64,000 nucleotides of DNA from assembly GCF_009914755.1 (NCBI RefSeq), contig NC_060929.1; one strand, given 5' to 3'. Both the position numbers and the translations under genes were made by a program. The first letter of the stretch is position 1, and each line of letters starts with the position of its first letter. This DNA comes from the human T2T-CHM13v2.0 reference genome, Homo sapiens. Under the pieces are notes generated by a model that was not told the DNA's origin, searched no databases, and saw nothing but the letters and a program-made list of their open reading frames with translations. Of the stretch, positions 21,701-36,700 are shown piece after piece.

Positions 21701-24700
21701 GCTCTATCAAAAGAAGGGTTCCACTCCAAGAGGTGAATTCACATATCACGAAGAAGTTTCTGAGAATGCTTCTGTCCAATTTTTATGTGAGGATATTCCC
21801 TTTTCCATCATAGGACTCAAGTCGCTCTAAATATCCAATTTCAGATACTACAAAAAGACTGTTTCAAAACCGCTCTCTCAAAGGGAAGGTTCAAGTCCGT
21901 GAGTTGAATGCACACATCACAAAGCAGTTCCTGAGAATGCTTCTGTCTAATTTGTATCTCAAGTTATTTCCTTTTCCATCATAGGCCTCAAATCGCTCCA
22001 AATATCCACTTGCAAATACTACAAAAAGACTGTTTCGAAAGTTCTCTCTCAAAAGGAAGGTTCAACTCTGTGAGTTGAATGCACACATCACAAGGCAGTT
22101 TCTGAAAATGCTTCCGTCTAGTTTTTTATTTGAAGGTATTTCCTTTTCCTTCTTCGGCCTCAAATCACTGCAAATATCCACTTGCAGACACTACAAAAAG
22201 ACTGTTTCAAAACCGCTCTCTCAAAAGGAAGGTTCGACTCTGTGAGTTGAATGCACACGTTACGAAGCAGTTTCTGAGAATGCTTCTGTCTATTTTTCAG
22301 GTGAAGATATCACTTTTTCCAACATACGTAAAAAAGTACTGGAAATGAACACTTGCAGATTCTACAAAAAGTATGTTTCAACACTGCTCTATCAAAAGAA
22401 AGGTTCAACGATGTGAATTGAACACACACATCACAAAGGAGTTTCAGAGAATGCTTCTGTCTAGTGTTTAAGTGACGATATTACCTTTTCCCACATAGGC
22501 AACAAAGCGCTCCAAATGAATACTTGTGGGTTCTACAAAAAGTGTGTTTCAACACTGCTCTATCAAAAGAAAGTTTCAAGTCTGTGAGTTCAATGCACAC
22601 ATCACAACGAACTTTCTGAGAATGCTTGGGTCTACTTCTTATGTGAAGATACCCGTTTCCAACGAATAACTCAAAGAGTTCCAAATATACACAGTCAGAT
22701 ACTGCAAAAGGAGTGTTTCATTCCTGCTCTGTCAAAAGACAGTTTCAACTATGTTAGTTGAATGCACACATCTCAGTGAAGTTCCTGAGGAGGCTTCTGC
22801 CTAGTTTTTTGTGAAGATATTCCCTTTTCCACCATGGGCTTCACAGCGCTCCAAATGAAAAATTCCAGGTCCTACCAAAAGACTGATTCAAAACTGCTCT
22901 ATCAAAAGGAAGGTTCAACTGTGTGAGTTGAATGCACACATCACAAAGCAGTTCCTGAGAATGCTTCTGTCTAGTTTGTATGTGAAGATATTTCCTTTTC
23001 CACCATAGGCCTCCAATCGCTCCAAATATCCACTTGCAGATACTACAAAAATACCGTTTCAACACTGCTCTCTCCAATGGAAGGTTCAACTCTGTGAGTT
23101 GAATGCACACATCACAAAGCAGTTTCTGAGAATGCTTCTGTCTAGTCTAGTTAGAATGTGAAGATATCCCGTTTACAACGAATTCCTCCGAGAGCTCTAA
23201 ATATCTGGAAGCAGATTCTACAAAAGCAGTGCTTCAAACCTGCTCTATCAAAGGAAAGGTTCAGCTCGGGGAATTGAACACAAGCATCACAAAGGAGTTT
23301 CTGAGAATGCTTCTGTCTAGTGTTTCTATGAAGATAATTCTTTTTCTACCATAGGCAACAATACGCTGCAAATGAACACTTGCAGATTTCACAAAAACTG
23401 TGTTTTAACACTGCTCTATCAAAACAAAGGTCCAAGTCTGTGAGTGGACTGCACACATCACAAAGCAGTTTCTGAGAATGATTCTGTCTAGCTTTTTATG
23501 TAACGATATTTTCTTTCCACCATAGGCAACAAAGCACACGGAATGAAATCTTGCGGATTCTACAAAAAGTGTGTTTCAACACTGCTCTATCCAAAGAAAG
23601 GTTCGAGTCCGTGAGTTGAACGCACACAACAGAAAGCAGTTTCTGAGGATGCTTCTGTCTGGTTTGTATGTGAAGTCATTTCCTTTTCCATCTAAATAGC
23701 CTCAAATGGCTAAAAGATCCACTTGCAGATACTACAAAAAGACTTTCAAAACTGCTCTCTCAAAAGGAAGGTTCAACTGTGTGAGTTGAATGCACACATC
23801 ACATAGCAGTTTTTGAGAACGCTTCTGTCTAGTTTGTATGTGAAGAGATTCCATTTACAACGAATTCCTCAAAGAGCTCCAAATATCCACAAGCAGATTC
23901 TACAAAAGCAGTGTTTTGAAACTGCTCTATCGATAGAAAGGTTCAACTCTGTTAATTGAACACACACATCCTAAGGAGTTTCTGAGAAACCTTCTGTCTA
24001 GTTTTTATTTGAAGATATTTCTTTTTCCACCATACGCAACAAGGCGCTCCAAAGGAACTCTTGCGGATTCTACAAAAAGCGTGTTTCTACACTGCTCTAT
24101 CAAAAGAAAGTTTCAAGTCTGTGAGTTGAATTGCACACATCCCAGTGATCTTTCGGAAAATGCATGGGTCTACTTTTCATGTGAAGATACCCGTTTCCAA
24201 CGAATTCTTCAAAGAGTTCCAAGTATCCACAAGCAGATTCTACAAAAGGAGTGCTTAAATGCTGGTCTATCTAAAGACAGATTCAACTCTGTTAGTTAAA
24301 TGCACACATCTCAGTGAAGTTCCTGAGAATGCTTCTTTCTAGTTTTTATGTGAATATGTCTCCTTTTCCACCATAGGCTTCAAAGCGCTCCAAATGAGAA
24401 CTGGCAGATCCTCATAAAAGACGGCCTCTAAACCGCTCTATCAAAAGAAGGGTTCCACTCCAAGAGGTGAATTCACATATCACGAAGAAGTTTCTGAGAA
24501 TGCTTCTGTCCAATTTTTATGTGAGGATATTCCCTTTTCCATCATAGGACTCAAGTCGCTCTAAATATCCAATTTCAGATACTACAAAAAGACTGTTTCA
24601 AAACCGCTCTCTCAAAGGGAAGGTTCAAGTCCGTGAGTTGAATGCACACATCACAAAGCAGTTCCTGAGAATGCTTCTGTCTAATTTGTATCTCAAGTTA

Positions 24701-27700
24701 ATTCTTTTTCCATCATAGGCCTCAAATCGTTCCAAATATCCACTTGCAAATACTGCAAAAAGACTGTTTCGAAAGTTCTCTCTCAAAAGGAAGGTTCAAC
24801 TCTGTGAGTTGAATGCACACATCACAAGGCAGTTTCTGAAAATGCTTCCGTCTAGTTTTTTATTTGAAGGTATTTCCTTTTCCTTCTTCGGCCTCAAATC
24901 ACTGCAAATATCCACTTGCAGACACTACAAAAAGACTGTTTCAAAACCGCTCTCTCAAAAGGAAGGTTCGACTCTGTGAGTTGAATGCACACGTTACGAA
25001 GCAGTTTCTGAGAATGCTTCTGTCTATTTTTCAGGTGAAGATATCACTTTTTCCAACATACGTAAAAAAGTACTGGAAATGAACACTTGCAGATTCTACA
25101 AAAAGTATGTTTCAACACTGCTCTATCAAAAGAAAGGTTCAACGATGTGAATTGAACACACACATCACAAAGGAGTTTCAGAGAATGCTTCTGTCTAGTG
25201 TTTAAGTGACGATATTACCTTTTCCCACATAGGCAACAAAGCGCTCCAAATGAATACTTGTGGGTTCTACAAAAAGTGTGTTTCAACACTGCTCTATCAA
25301 AAGAAAGTTTCAAGTCTGTGAGTTCAATGCACACATCACAACGAACTTTCTGAGAATGCTTGGGTCTACTTCTTATGTGAAGATACCCGTTTCCAACGAA
25401 TAACTCAAAGAGTTCCAAATATACACAGTCAGATACTGCAAAAGGAGTGTTTCATTCCTGCTCTGTCAAAAGACAGTTTCAACTATGTTAGTTGAATGCA
25501 CACATCTCAGTGAAGTTCCTGAGGAGGCTTCTGCCTAGTTTTTTGTGAAGATATTCCCTTTTCCACCATGGGCTTCACAGCGCTCCAAATGAAAAATTCC
25601 AGGTCCTACCAAAAGACTGATTCAAAACTGCTCTATCAAAAGGAAGGTTCAACTGTGTGAGTTGAATGCACACATCACAAAGCAGTTCCTGAGAATGCTT
25701 CTGTCTAGTTTGTATGTGAAGATATTTCCTTTTCCACCATAGGCCTCCAATCGCTCCAAATATCCACTTGCAGATACTACAAAAATACCGTTTCAACACT
25801 GCTCTCTCCAATGGAAGGTTCAACTCTGTGAGTTGAATGCACACATCACAAAGCAGTTTCTGAGAATGCTTCTGTCTAGTCTAGTTAGAATGTGAAGATA
25901 TCCCGTTTACAACGAATTCCTCCGAGAGCTCTAAATATCTGGAAGCAGATTCTACAAAAGCAGTGCTTCAAATCTGCTCTATCAAAGGAAAGGTTCAGCT
26001 CGGGGAATTGAACACAAGCATCACAAAGGAGTTTCTGAGAATGCTTCTGTCTAGTGTTTCTATGAAGATAATTCTTTTTCTACCATAGGCAACAATACGC
26101 TGCAAATGAACACTTGCAGATTTCACAAAAACTGTGTTTTAACACTGCTCTATCAAAACAAAGGTCCAAGTCTGTGAGTTGACTGCACACATCACAAAGC
26201 AGTTTCTGAGAATGATTCTGTCTAGCTTTTTATGTAACGATATTTTCTTTCCACCATAGGCAACAAAGCACACGGAATGAAATCTTGCGGATTCTACAAA
26301 AAGTGTGTTTCAACACTGCTCTATCCAAAGAAAGGTTCGAGTCCGTGAGTTGAACGCACACAACAGAAAGCAGTTTCTGAGGATGCTTCTGTCTGGTTTG
26401 TATGTGAAGTCATTTCCTTTTCCATCTAAATAGCCTCAAATGGCTAAAAGATCCACTTGCAGATACTACAAAAAGACTTTCAAAACTGCTCTCTCAAAAG
26501 GAAGGTTCAACTGTGTGAGTTGAATGCACACATCACATAGCAGTTTTTGAGAACGCTTCTGTCTAGTTTGTATGTGAAGAGATTCCATTTACAACGAATT
26601 CCTCAAAGAGCTCCAAATATCCACAAGCAGATTCTACAAAAGCAGTGTTTTGAAACTGCTCTATCGATAGAAAGGTTCAACTCTGTTAATTGAACACACA
26701 CATCCTAAGGAGTTTCTGAGAAACCTTCTGTCTAGTTTTTATTTGAAGATATTTCTTTTTCCACCATACGCAACAAGGCGCTCCAAAGGAACTCTTGCGG
26801 ATTCTACAAAAAGCGTGTTTCTACACTGCTCTATCAAAAGAAAGTTTCAAGTCTGTGAGTTGAATTGCACACATCCCAGTGATCTTTCGGAAAATGCATG
26901 GGTCTACTTTTCATGTGAAGATACCCGTTTCCAACGAATTCTTCAAAGAGTTCCAAGTATCCACAAGCAGATTCTACAAAAGGAGTGCTTAAATGCTGGT
27001 CTATCTAAAGACAGATTCAACTCTGTTAGTTAAATGCACACATCTCAGTGAAGTTCCTGAGAATGCTTCTTTCTAGTTTTTATGTGAATATGTCTCCTTT
27101 TCCACCATAGGCTTCAAAGCGCTCCAAATGAGAACTGGCAGATCCTCATAAAAGACGGCCTCTAAACCGCTCTATCAAAAGAAGGGTTCCACTCCAAGAG
27201 GTGAATTCACATATCACGAAGAAGTTTCTGAGAATGCTTCTGTCCAATTTTTATGTGAGGATATTCCCTTTTCCATCATAGGACTCAAGTCGCTCTAAAT
27301 ATCCAATTTCAGATACTACAAAAAGACTGTTTCAAAACCGCTCTCTCAAAGGGAAGGTTCAAGTCCGTGAGTTGAATGCACACATCACAAAGCAGTTCCT
27401 GAGAATGCTTCTGTCTAATTTGTATCTCAAGTTAATTCTTTTTCCATCATAGGCCTCAAATCGTTCCAAATATCCACTTGCAAATACTGCAAAAAGACTG
27501 TTTCGAAAGTTCTCTCTCAAAAGGAAGGTTCAACTCTGTGAGTTGAATGCACACATCACAAGGCAGTTTCTGAAAATGCTTCCGTCTAGTTTTTTATTTG
27601 AAGGTATTTCCTTTTCCTTCTTCGGCCTCAAATCACTGCAAATATCCACTTGCAGACACTACAAAAAGACTGTTTCAAAACCGCTCTCTCAAAAGGAAGG

Positions 27701-30700
27701 TTCGACTCTGTGAGTTGAATGCACACGTTACGAAGCAGTTTCTGAGAATGCTTCTGTCTATTTTTCAGGTGAAGATATCACTTTTTCCAACATACGTAAA
27801 AAAGTACTGGAAATGAACACTTGCAGATTCTACAAAAAGTATGTTTCAACACTGCTCTATCAAAAGAAAGGTTCAACGATGTGAATTGAACACACACATC
27901 ACAAAGGAGTTTCAGAGAATGCTTCTGTCTAGTGTTTAAGTGACGATATTACCTTTTCCCACATAGGCAACAAAGCGCTCCAAATGAATACTTGTGGGTT
28001 CTACAAAAAGTGTGTTTCAACACTGCTCTATCAAAAGAAAGTTTCAAGTCTGTGAGTTCAATGCACACATCACAACGAACTTTCTGAGAATGCTTGGGTC
28101 TACTTCTTATGTGAAGATACCCGTTTCCAACGAATAACTCAAAGAGTTCCAAATATACACAGTCAGATACTGCAAAAGGAGTGTTTCATTCCTGCTCTGT
28201 CAAAAGACAGTTTCAACTATGTTAGTTGAATGCACACATCTCAGTGAAGTTCCTGAGGAGGCTTCTGCCTAGTTTTTTGTGAAGATATTCCCTTTTCCAC
28301 CATGGGCTTCACAGCGCTCCAAATGAAAAATTCCAGGTCCTACCAAAAGACTGATTCAAAACTGCTCTATCAAAAGGAAGGTTCAACTGTGTGAGTTGAA
28401 TGCACACATCACAAAGCAGTTCCTGAGAATGCTTCTGTCTAGTTTGTATGTGAAGATATTTCCTTTTCCACCATAGGCCTCCAATCGCTCCAAATATCCA
28501 CTTGCAGATACTACAAAAATACCGTTTCAACACTGCTCTCTCCAATGGAAGGTTCAACTCTGTGAGTTGAATGCACACATCACAAAGCAGTTTCTGAGAA
28601 TGCTTCTGTCTAGTCTAGTTAGAATGTGAAGATATCCCGTTTACAACGAATTCCTCCGAGAGCTCTAAATATCTGGAAGCTGATTCTACAAAAGCAGTGC
28701 TTCAAATCTGCTCTATCAAAGGAAAGGTTCAGCTCGGGGAATTGAACACAAGCATCACAAAGGAGTTTCTGAGAATGCTTCTGTCTAGTGTTTCTATGAA
28801 GATAATTCTTTTTCTACCATAGGCAACAATACGCTGCAAATGAACACTTGCAGATTTCACAAAAACTGTGTTTTAACACTGCTCTATCAAAACAAAGGTC
28901 CAAGTCTGTGAGTTGACTGCACACATCACAAAGCAGTTTCTGAGAATGATTCTGTCTAGCTTTTTATGTAACGATATTTTCTTTCCACCATAGGCAACAA
29001 AGCACACGGAATGAAATCTTGCGGATTCTACAAAAAGTGTGTTTCAACACTGCTCTATCCAAAGAAAGGTTCGAGTCCGTGAGTTGAACGCACACAACAG
29101 AAAGCAGTTTCTGAGGATGCTTCTGTCTGGTTTGTATGTGAAGTCATTTCCTTTTCCATCTAAATAGCCTCAAATGGCTAAAAGATCCACTTGCAGATAC
29201 TACAAAAAGACTTTCAAAACTGCTCTCTCAAAAGGAAGGTTCAACTGTGTGAGTTGAATGCACACATCACATAGCAGTTTTTGAGAACGCTTCTGTCTAG
29301 TTTGTATGTGAAGAGATTCCATTTACAACGAATTCCTCAAAGAGCTCCAAATATCCACAAGCAGATTCTACAAAAGCAGTGTTTTGAAACTGCTCTATCG
29401 ATAGAAAGGTTCAACTCTGTTAATTGAACACACACATCCTAAGGAGTTTCTGAGAAACCTTCTGTCTAGTTTTTATTTGAAGATATTTCTTTTTCCACCA
29501 TACGCAACAAGGCGCTCCAAAGGAACTCTTGCGGATTCTACAAAAAGCGTGTTTCTACACTGCTCTATCAAAAGAAAGTTTCAAGTCTGTGAGTTGAATT
29601 GCACACATCCCAGTGATCTTTCGGAAAATGCATGGGTCTACTTTTCATGTGAAGATACCCGTTTCCAACGAATTCTTCAAAGAGTTCCAAGTATCCACAA
29701 GCAGATTCTACAAAAGGAGTGCTTAAATGCTGGTCTATCTAAAGACAGATTCAACTCTGTTAGTTAAATGCACACATCTCAGTGAAGTTCCTGAGAATGC
29801 TTCTTTCTAGTTTTTATGTGAATATGTCTCCTTTTCCACCATAGGCTTCAAAGCGCTCCAAATGAGAACTGGCAGATCCTCATAAAAGACGGCCTCTAAA
29901 CCGCTCTATCAAAAGAAGGGTTCCACTCCAAGAGGTGAATTCACATATCACGAAGAAGTTTCTGAGAATGCTTCTGTCCAATTTTTATGTGAGGATATTC
30001 CCTTTTCCATCATAGGACTCAAGTCGCTCTAAATATCCAATTTCAGATACTACAAAAAGACTGTTTCAAAACCGCTCTCTCAAAGGGAAGGTTCAAGTCC
30101 GTGAGTTGAATGCACACATCACAAAGCAGTTCCTGAGAATGCTTCTGTCTAATTTGTATCTCAAGTTAATTCTTTTTCCATCATAGGCCTCAAATCGTTC
30201 CAAATATCCACTTGCAAATACTGCAAAAAGACTGTTTCGAAAGTTCTCTCTCAAAAGGAAGGTTCAACTCTGTGAGTTGAATGCACACATCACAAGGCAG
30301 TTTCTGAAAATGCTTCCGTCTAGTTTTTTATTTGAAGGTATTTCCTTTTCCTTCTTCGGCCTCAAATCACTGCAAATATCCACTTGCAGACACTACAAAA
30401 AGACTGTTTCAAAACCGCTCTCTCAAAAGGAAGGTTCGACTCTGTGAGTTGAATGCACACGTTATGAAGCAGTTTCTGAGAATGCTTCTGTCTATTTTTC
30501 AGGTGAAGATATCACTTTTTCCAACATACGTAAAAAAGTACTGGAAATGAACACTTGCAGATTCTACAAAAAGTATGTTTCAACACTGCTCTATCAAAAG
30601 AAAGGTTCAACGATGTGAATTGAACACACACATCACAAAGGAGTTTCAGAGAATGCTTCTGTCTAGTGTTTAAGTGACGATATTACCTTTTCCCACATAG

Positions 30701-33700
30701 GCAACAAAGCGCTCCAAATGAATACTTGTGGGTTCTACAAAAAGTGTGTTTCAACACTGCTCTATCAAAAGAAAGTTTCAAGTCTGTGAGTTCAATGCAC
30801 ACATCACAACGAACTTTCTGAGAATGCTTGGGTCTACTTCTTATGTGAAGATACCCGTTTCCAACGAATAACTCAAAGAGTTCCAAATATACACAGTCAG
30901 ATACTGCAAAAGGAGTGTTTCATTCCTGCTCTGTCAAAAGACAGTTTCAACTATGTTAGTTGAATGCACACATCTCAGTGAAGTTCCTGAGGAGGCTTCT
31001 GCCTAGTTTTTTGTGAAGATATTCCCTTTTCCACCATGGGCTTCACAGCGCTCCAAATGAAAAATTCCAGGTCCTACCAAAAGACTGATTCAAAACTGCT
31101 CTATCAAAAGGAAGGTTCAACTGTGTGAGTTGAATGCACACATCACAAAGCAGTTCCTGAGAATGCTTCTGTCTAGTTTGTATGTGAAGATATTTCCTTT
31201 TCCACCATAGGCCTCCAATCGCTCCAAATATCCACTTGCAGATACTACAAAAATACCGTTTCAACACTGCTCTCTCCAATGGAAGGTTCAACTCTGTGAG
31301 TTGAATGCACACATCACAAAGCAGTTTCTGAGAATGCTTCTGTCTAGTCTAGTTAGAATGTGAAGATATCCCGTTTACAACGAATTCCTCCGAGAGCTCT
31401 AAATATCTGGAAGCAGATTCTACAAAAGCAGTGCTTCAAACCTGCTCTATCAAAGGAAAGGTTCAGCTCGGGGAATTGAACACAAGCATCACAAAGGAGT
31501 TTCTGAGAATGCTTCTGTCTAGTGTTTCTATGAAGATAATTCTTTTTCTACCATAGGCAACAATACGCTGCAAATGAACACTTGCAGATTTCACAAAAAC
31601 TGTGTTTTAACACTGCTCTATCAAAACAAAGGTCCAAGTCTGTGAGTTGACTGCACACATCACAAAGCAGTTTCTGAGAATGATTCTGTCTAGCTTTTTA
31701 TGTAACGATATTTTCTTTCCACCATAGGCAACAAAGCACACGGAATGAAATCTTGCGGATTCTACAAAAAGTGTGTTTCAACACTGCTCTATCCAAAGAA
31801 AGGTTCGAGTCCGTGAGTTGAACGCACACAACAGAAAGCAGTTTCTGAGGATGCTTCTGTCTGGTTTGTATGTGAAGTCATTTCCTTTTCCATCTAAATA
31901 GCCTCAAATGGCTAAAAGATCCACTTGCAGATACTACAAAAAGACTTTCAAAACTGCTCTCTCAAAAGGAAGGTTCAACTGTGTGAGTTGAATGCACACA
32001 TCACATAGCAGTTTTTGAGAACGCTTCTGTCTAGTTTGTATGTGAAGAGATTCCATTTACAACGAATTCCTCAAAGAGCTCCAAATATCCACAAGCAGAT
32101 TCTACAAAAGCAGTGTTTTGAAACTGCTCTATCGATAGAAAGGTTCAACTCTGTTAATTGAACACACACATCCTAAGGAGTTTCTGAGAAACCTTCTGTC
32201 TAGTTTTTATTTGAAGATATTTCTTTTTCCACCATACGCAACAAGGCGCTCCAAAGGAACTCTTGCGGATTCTACAAAAAGCGTGTTTCTACACTGCTCT
32301 ATCAAAAGAAAGTTTCAAGTCTGTGAGTTGAATTGCACACATCCCAGTGATCTTTCGGAAAATGCATGGGTCTACTTTTCATGTGAAGATACCCGTTTCC
32401 AACGAATTCTTCAAAGAGTTCCAAGTATCCACAAGCAGATTCTACAAAAGGAGTGCTTAAATGCTGGTCTATCTAAAGACAGATTCAACTCTGTTAGTTA
32501 AATGCACACATCTCAGTGAAGTTCCTGAGAATGCTTCTTTCTAGTTTTTATGTGAATATGTCTCCTTTTCCACCATAGGCTTCAAAGCGCTCCAAATGAG
32601 AACTGGCAGATCCTCATAAAAGACGGCCTCTAAACCGCTCTATCAAAAGAAGGGTTCCACTCCAAGAGGTGAATTCACATATCATGAAGAAGTTTCTGAG
32701 AATGCTTCTGTCCAATTTTTATGTGAGGATATTCCCTTTTCCATCATAGGACTCAAGTCGCTCTAAATATCCAATTTCAGATACTACAAAAAGACTGTTT
32801 CAAAACCGCTCTCTCAAAGGGAAGGTTCAAGTCCGTGAGTTGAATGCACACATCACAAAGCAGTTCCTGAGAATGCTTCTGTCTAATTTGTATCTCAAGT
32901 TATTTCCTTTTCCATCATAGGCCTCAAATCGCTCCAAATATCCACTTGCAAATACTACAAAAAGACTGTTTCGAAAGTTCTCTCTCAAAAGGAAGGTTCA
33001 ACTCTGTGAGTTGAATGCACACATCACAAGGCAGTTTCTGAAAATGCTTCCGTCTAGTTTTTTATTTGAAGGTATTTCCTTTTCCTTCTTCGGCCTCAAA
33101 TCACTGCAAATATCCACTTGCAGACACTACAAAAAGACTGTTTCAAAACCGCTCTCTCAAAAGGAAGGTTCGACTCTGTGAGTTGAATGCACACGTTACG
33201 AAGCAGTTTCTGAGAATGCTTCTGTCTATTTTTCAGGTGAAGATATCACTTTTTCCAACATACGTAAAAAAGTACTGGAAATGAACACTTGCAGATTCTA
33301 CAAAAAGTATGTTTCAACACTGCTCTATCAAAAGAAAGGTTCAACGATGTGAATTGAACACACACATCACAAAGGAGTTTCAGAGAATGCTTCTGTCTAG
33401 TGTTTAAGTGACGATATTACCTTTTCCCACATAGGCAACAAAGCGCTCCAAATGAATACTTCTGGGTTCTACAAAAAGTGTGTTTCAACACTGCTCTATC
33501 AAAAGAAAGTTTCAAGTCTGTGAGTTCAATGCACACATCACAACGAACTTTCTGAGAATGCTTGGGTCTACTTCTTATGTGAAGATACCCGTTTCCAACG
33601 AATAACTCAAAGAGTTCCAAATATACACAGTCAGATACTGCAAAAGGAGTGTTTCATTCCTGCTCTGTCAAAAGACAGTTTCAACTATGTTAGTTGAATG

Positions 33701-36700
33701 CACACATCTCAGTGAAGTTCCTGAGGAGGCTTCTGCCTAGTTTTTTGTGAAGATATTCCCTTTTCCACCATGGGCTTCACAGCGCTCCAAATGAAAAATT
33801 CCAGGTCCTACCAAAAGACTGATTCAAAACTGCTCTATCAAAAGGAAGGTTCAACTGTGTGAGTTGAATGCACACATCACAAAGCAGTTCCTGAGAATGC
33901 TTCTGTCTAGTTTGTATGTGAAGATATTTCCTTTTCCACCATAGGCCTCCAATCGCTCCAAATATCCACTTGCAGATACTACAAAAATACCGTTTCAACA
34001 CTGCTCTCTCCAATGGAAGGTTCAACTCTGTGAGTTGAATGCACACATCACAAAGCAGTTTCTGAGAATGCTTCTGTCTAGTCTAGTTAGAATGTGAAGA
34101 TATCCCGTTTACAACGAATTCCTCCGAGAGCTCTAAATATCTGGAAGCAGATTCTACAAAAGCAGTGCTTCAAACCTGCTCTATCAAAGGAAAGGTTCAG
34201 CTCGGGGAATTGAACACAAGCATCACAAAGGAGTTTCTGAGAATGCTTCTGTCTAGTGTTTCTATGAAGATAATTCTTTTTCTACCATAGGCAACAATAC
34301 GCTGCAAATGAACACTTGCAGATTTCACAAAAACTGTGTTTTAACACTGCTCTATCAAAACAAAGGTCCAAGTCTGTGAGTTGACTGCACACATCACAAA
34401 GCAGTTTCTGAGAATGATTCTGTCTAGCTTTTTATGTAACGATATTTTCTTTCCACCATAGGCAACAAAGCACACGGAATGAAATCTTGCGGATTCTACA
34501 AAAAGTGTGTTTCAACACTGCTCTATCCAAAGAAAGGTTCGAGTCCGTGAGTTGAACGCACACAACAGAAAGCAGTTTCTGAGGATGCTTCTGTCTGGTT
34601 TGTATGTGAAGTCATTTCCTTTTCCATCTAAATAGCCTCAAATGGCTAAAAGATCCACTTGCAGATACTACAAAAAGACTTTCAAAACTGCTCTCTCAAA
34701 AGGAAGGTTCAACTGTGTGAGTTGAATGCACACATCACATAGCAGTTTTTGAGAACGCTTCTGTCTAGTTTGTATGTGAAGAGATTCCATTTACAACGAA
34801 TTCCTCAAAGAGCTCCAAATATCCACAAGCAGATTCTACAAAAGCAGTGTTTTGAAACTGCTCTATCGATAGAAAGGTTCAACTCTGTTAATTGAACACA
34901 CACATCCTAAGGAGTTTCTGAGAAACCTTCTGTCTAGTTTTTATTTGAAGATATTTCTTTTTCCACCATACGCAACAAGGCGCTCCAAAGGAACTCTTGC
35001 GGATTCTACAAAAAGCGTGTTTCTACACTGCTCTATCAAAAGAAAGTTTCAAGTCTGTGAGTTGAATTGCACACATCCCAGTGATCTTTCGGAAAATGCA
35101 TGGGTCTACTTTTCATGTGAAGATACCCGTTTCCAACGAATTCTTCAAAGAGTTCCAAGTATCCACAAGCAGATTCTACAAAAGGAGTGCTTAAATGCTG
35201 GTCTATCTAAAGACAGATTCAACTCTGTTAGTTAAATGCACACATCTCAGTGAAGTTCCTGAGAATGCTTCTTTCTAGTTTTTATGTGAATATGTCTCCT
35301 TTTCCACCATAGGCTTCAAAGCGCTCCAAATGAGAACTGGCAGATCCTCATAAAAGACGGCCTCTAAACCGCTCTATCAAAAGAAGGGTTCCACTCCAAG
35401 AGGTGAATTCACATATCACGAAGAAGTTTCTGAGAATGCTTCTGTCCAATTTTTATGTGAGGATATTCCCTTTTCCATCATAGGACTCAAGTCGCTCTAA
35501 ATATCCAATTTCAGATACTACAAAAAGACTGTTTCAAAACCGCTCTCTCAAAGGGAAGGTTCAAGTCCGTGAGTTGAATGCACACATCACAAAGCAGTTC
35601 CTGAGAATGCTTCTGTCTAATTTGTATCTCAAGTTAATTCTTTTTCCATCATAGGCCTCAAATCGTTCCAAATATCCACTTGCAAATACTGCAAAAAGAC
35701 TGTTTCGAAAGTTCTCTCTCAAAAGGAAGGTTCAACTCTGTGAGTTGAATGCACACATCACAAGGCAGTTTCTGAAAATGCTTCCGTCTAGTTTTTTATT
35801 TGAAGGTATTTCCTTTTCCTTCTTCGGCCTCAAATCACTGCAAATATCCACTTGCAGACACTACAAAAAGACTGTTTCAAAACCGCTCTCTCAAAAGGAA
35901 GGTTCGACTCTGTGAGTTGAATGCACACGTTACGAAGCAGTTTCTGAGAATGCTTCTGTCTATTTTTCAGGTGAAGATATCACTTTTTCCAACATACGTA
36001 AAAAAGTACTGGAAATGAACACTTGCAGATTCTACAAAAAGTATGTTTCAACACTGCTCTATCAAAAGAAAGGTTCAACGATGTGAATTGAACACACACA
36101 TCACAAAGGAGTTTCAGAGAATGCTTCTGTCTAGTGTTTAAGTGACGATATTACCTTTTCCCACATAGGCAACAAAGCGCTCCAAATGAATACTTGGGGG
36201 TTCTACAACAAGTGTGTTTCAACACTGCTCTATCAAAAGAAAGTTTCAAGTCTGTGAGTTGAATGCACACATCACAACGAACTTTCTGAGAATGCTTGGG
36301 TCTACTTTTTATGTGAAGATACCCGTTTCCAACGAATAACTCAAAGAGTTCCAAATATACACAGTCAGATACTGCAAAAGGAGTGTTTCATTCCTGCTCT
36401 GTCAAAAGACAGTTTCAACTATGTTAGTTGAATGCACACATCTCAGTGAAGTTCCTGAGGAGGCTTCTGCCTAGTTTTTTGTGAAGATATTCCCTTTTCC
36501 ACCATGGGCTTCACAGTGCTCCAAATGAAAAATTCCAGGTCCTACCAAAAGACTGATTCAAAACTGCTCTATCAAAAGGAAGGTTCAACTGTGTGAGTTG
36601 AATGCACACATCACAAAGCAGTTCCTGAGAATGCTTCTGTCTAGTTTGTATGTGAAGATATTTCCTTTTCCACCATAGGCCTCCAATCGCTCCAAATATC

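Larger units (their letters stand above)
16662..35799 (-). repeat. HOR haplotype layer B (copies 7-13), three intact CENP-B boxes per unit
   Basis: Private allele TACTTCTTATG at 17170 and every 2734 bp to 33574, with GAGTTCAATGC, AAAAATTCCAGG and CTCTATCAAAAGGAAGG. Confidence 0.87.
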
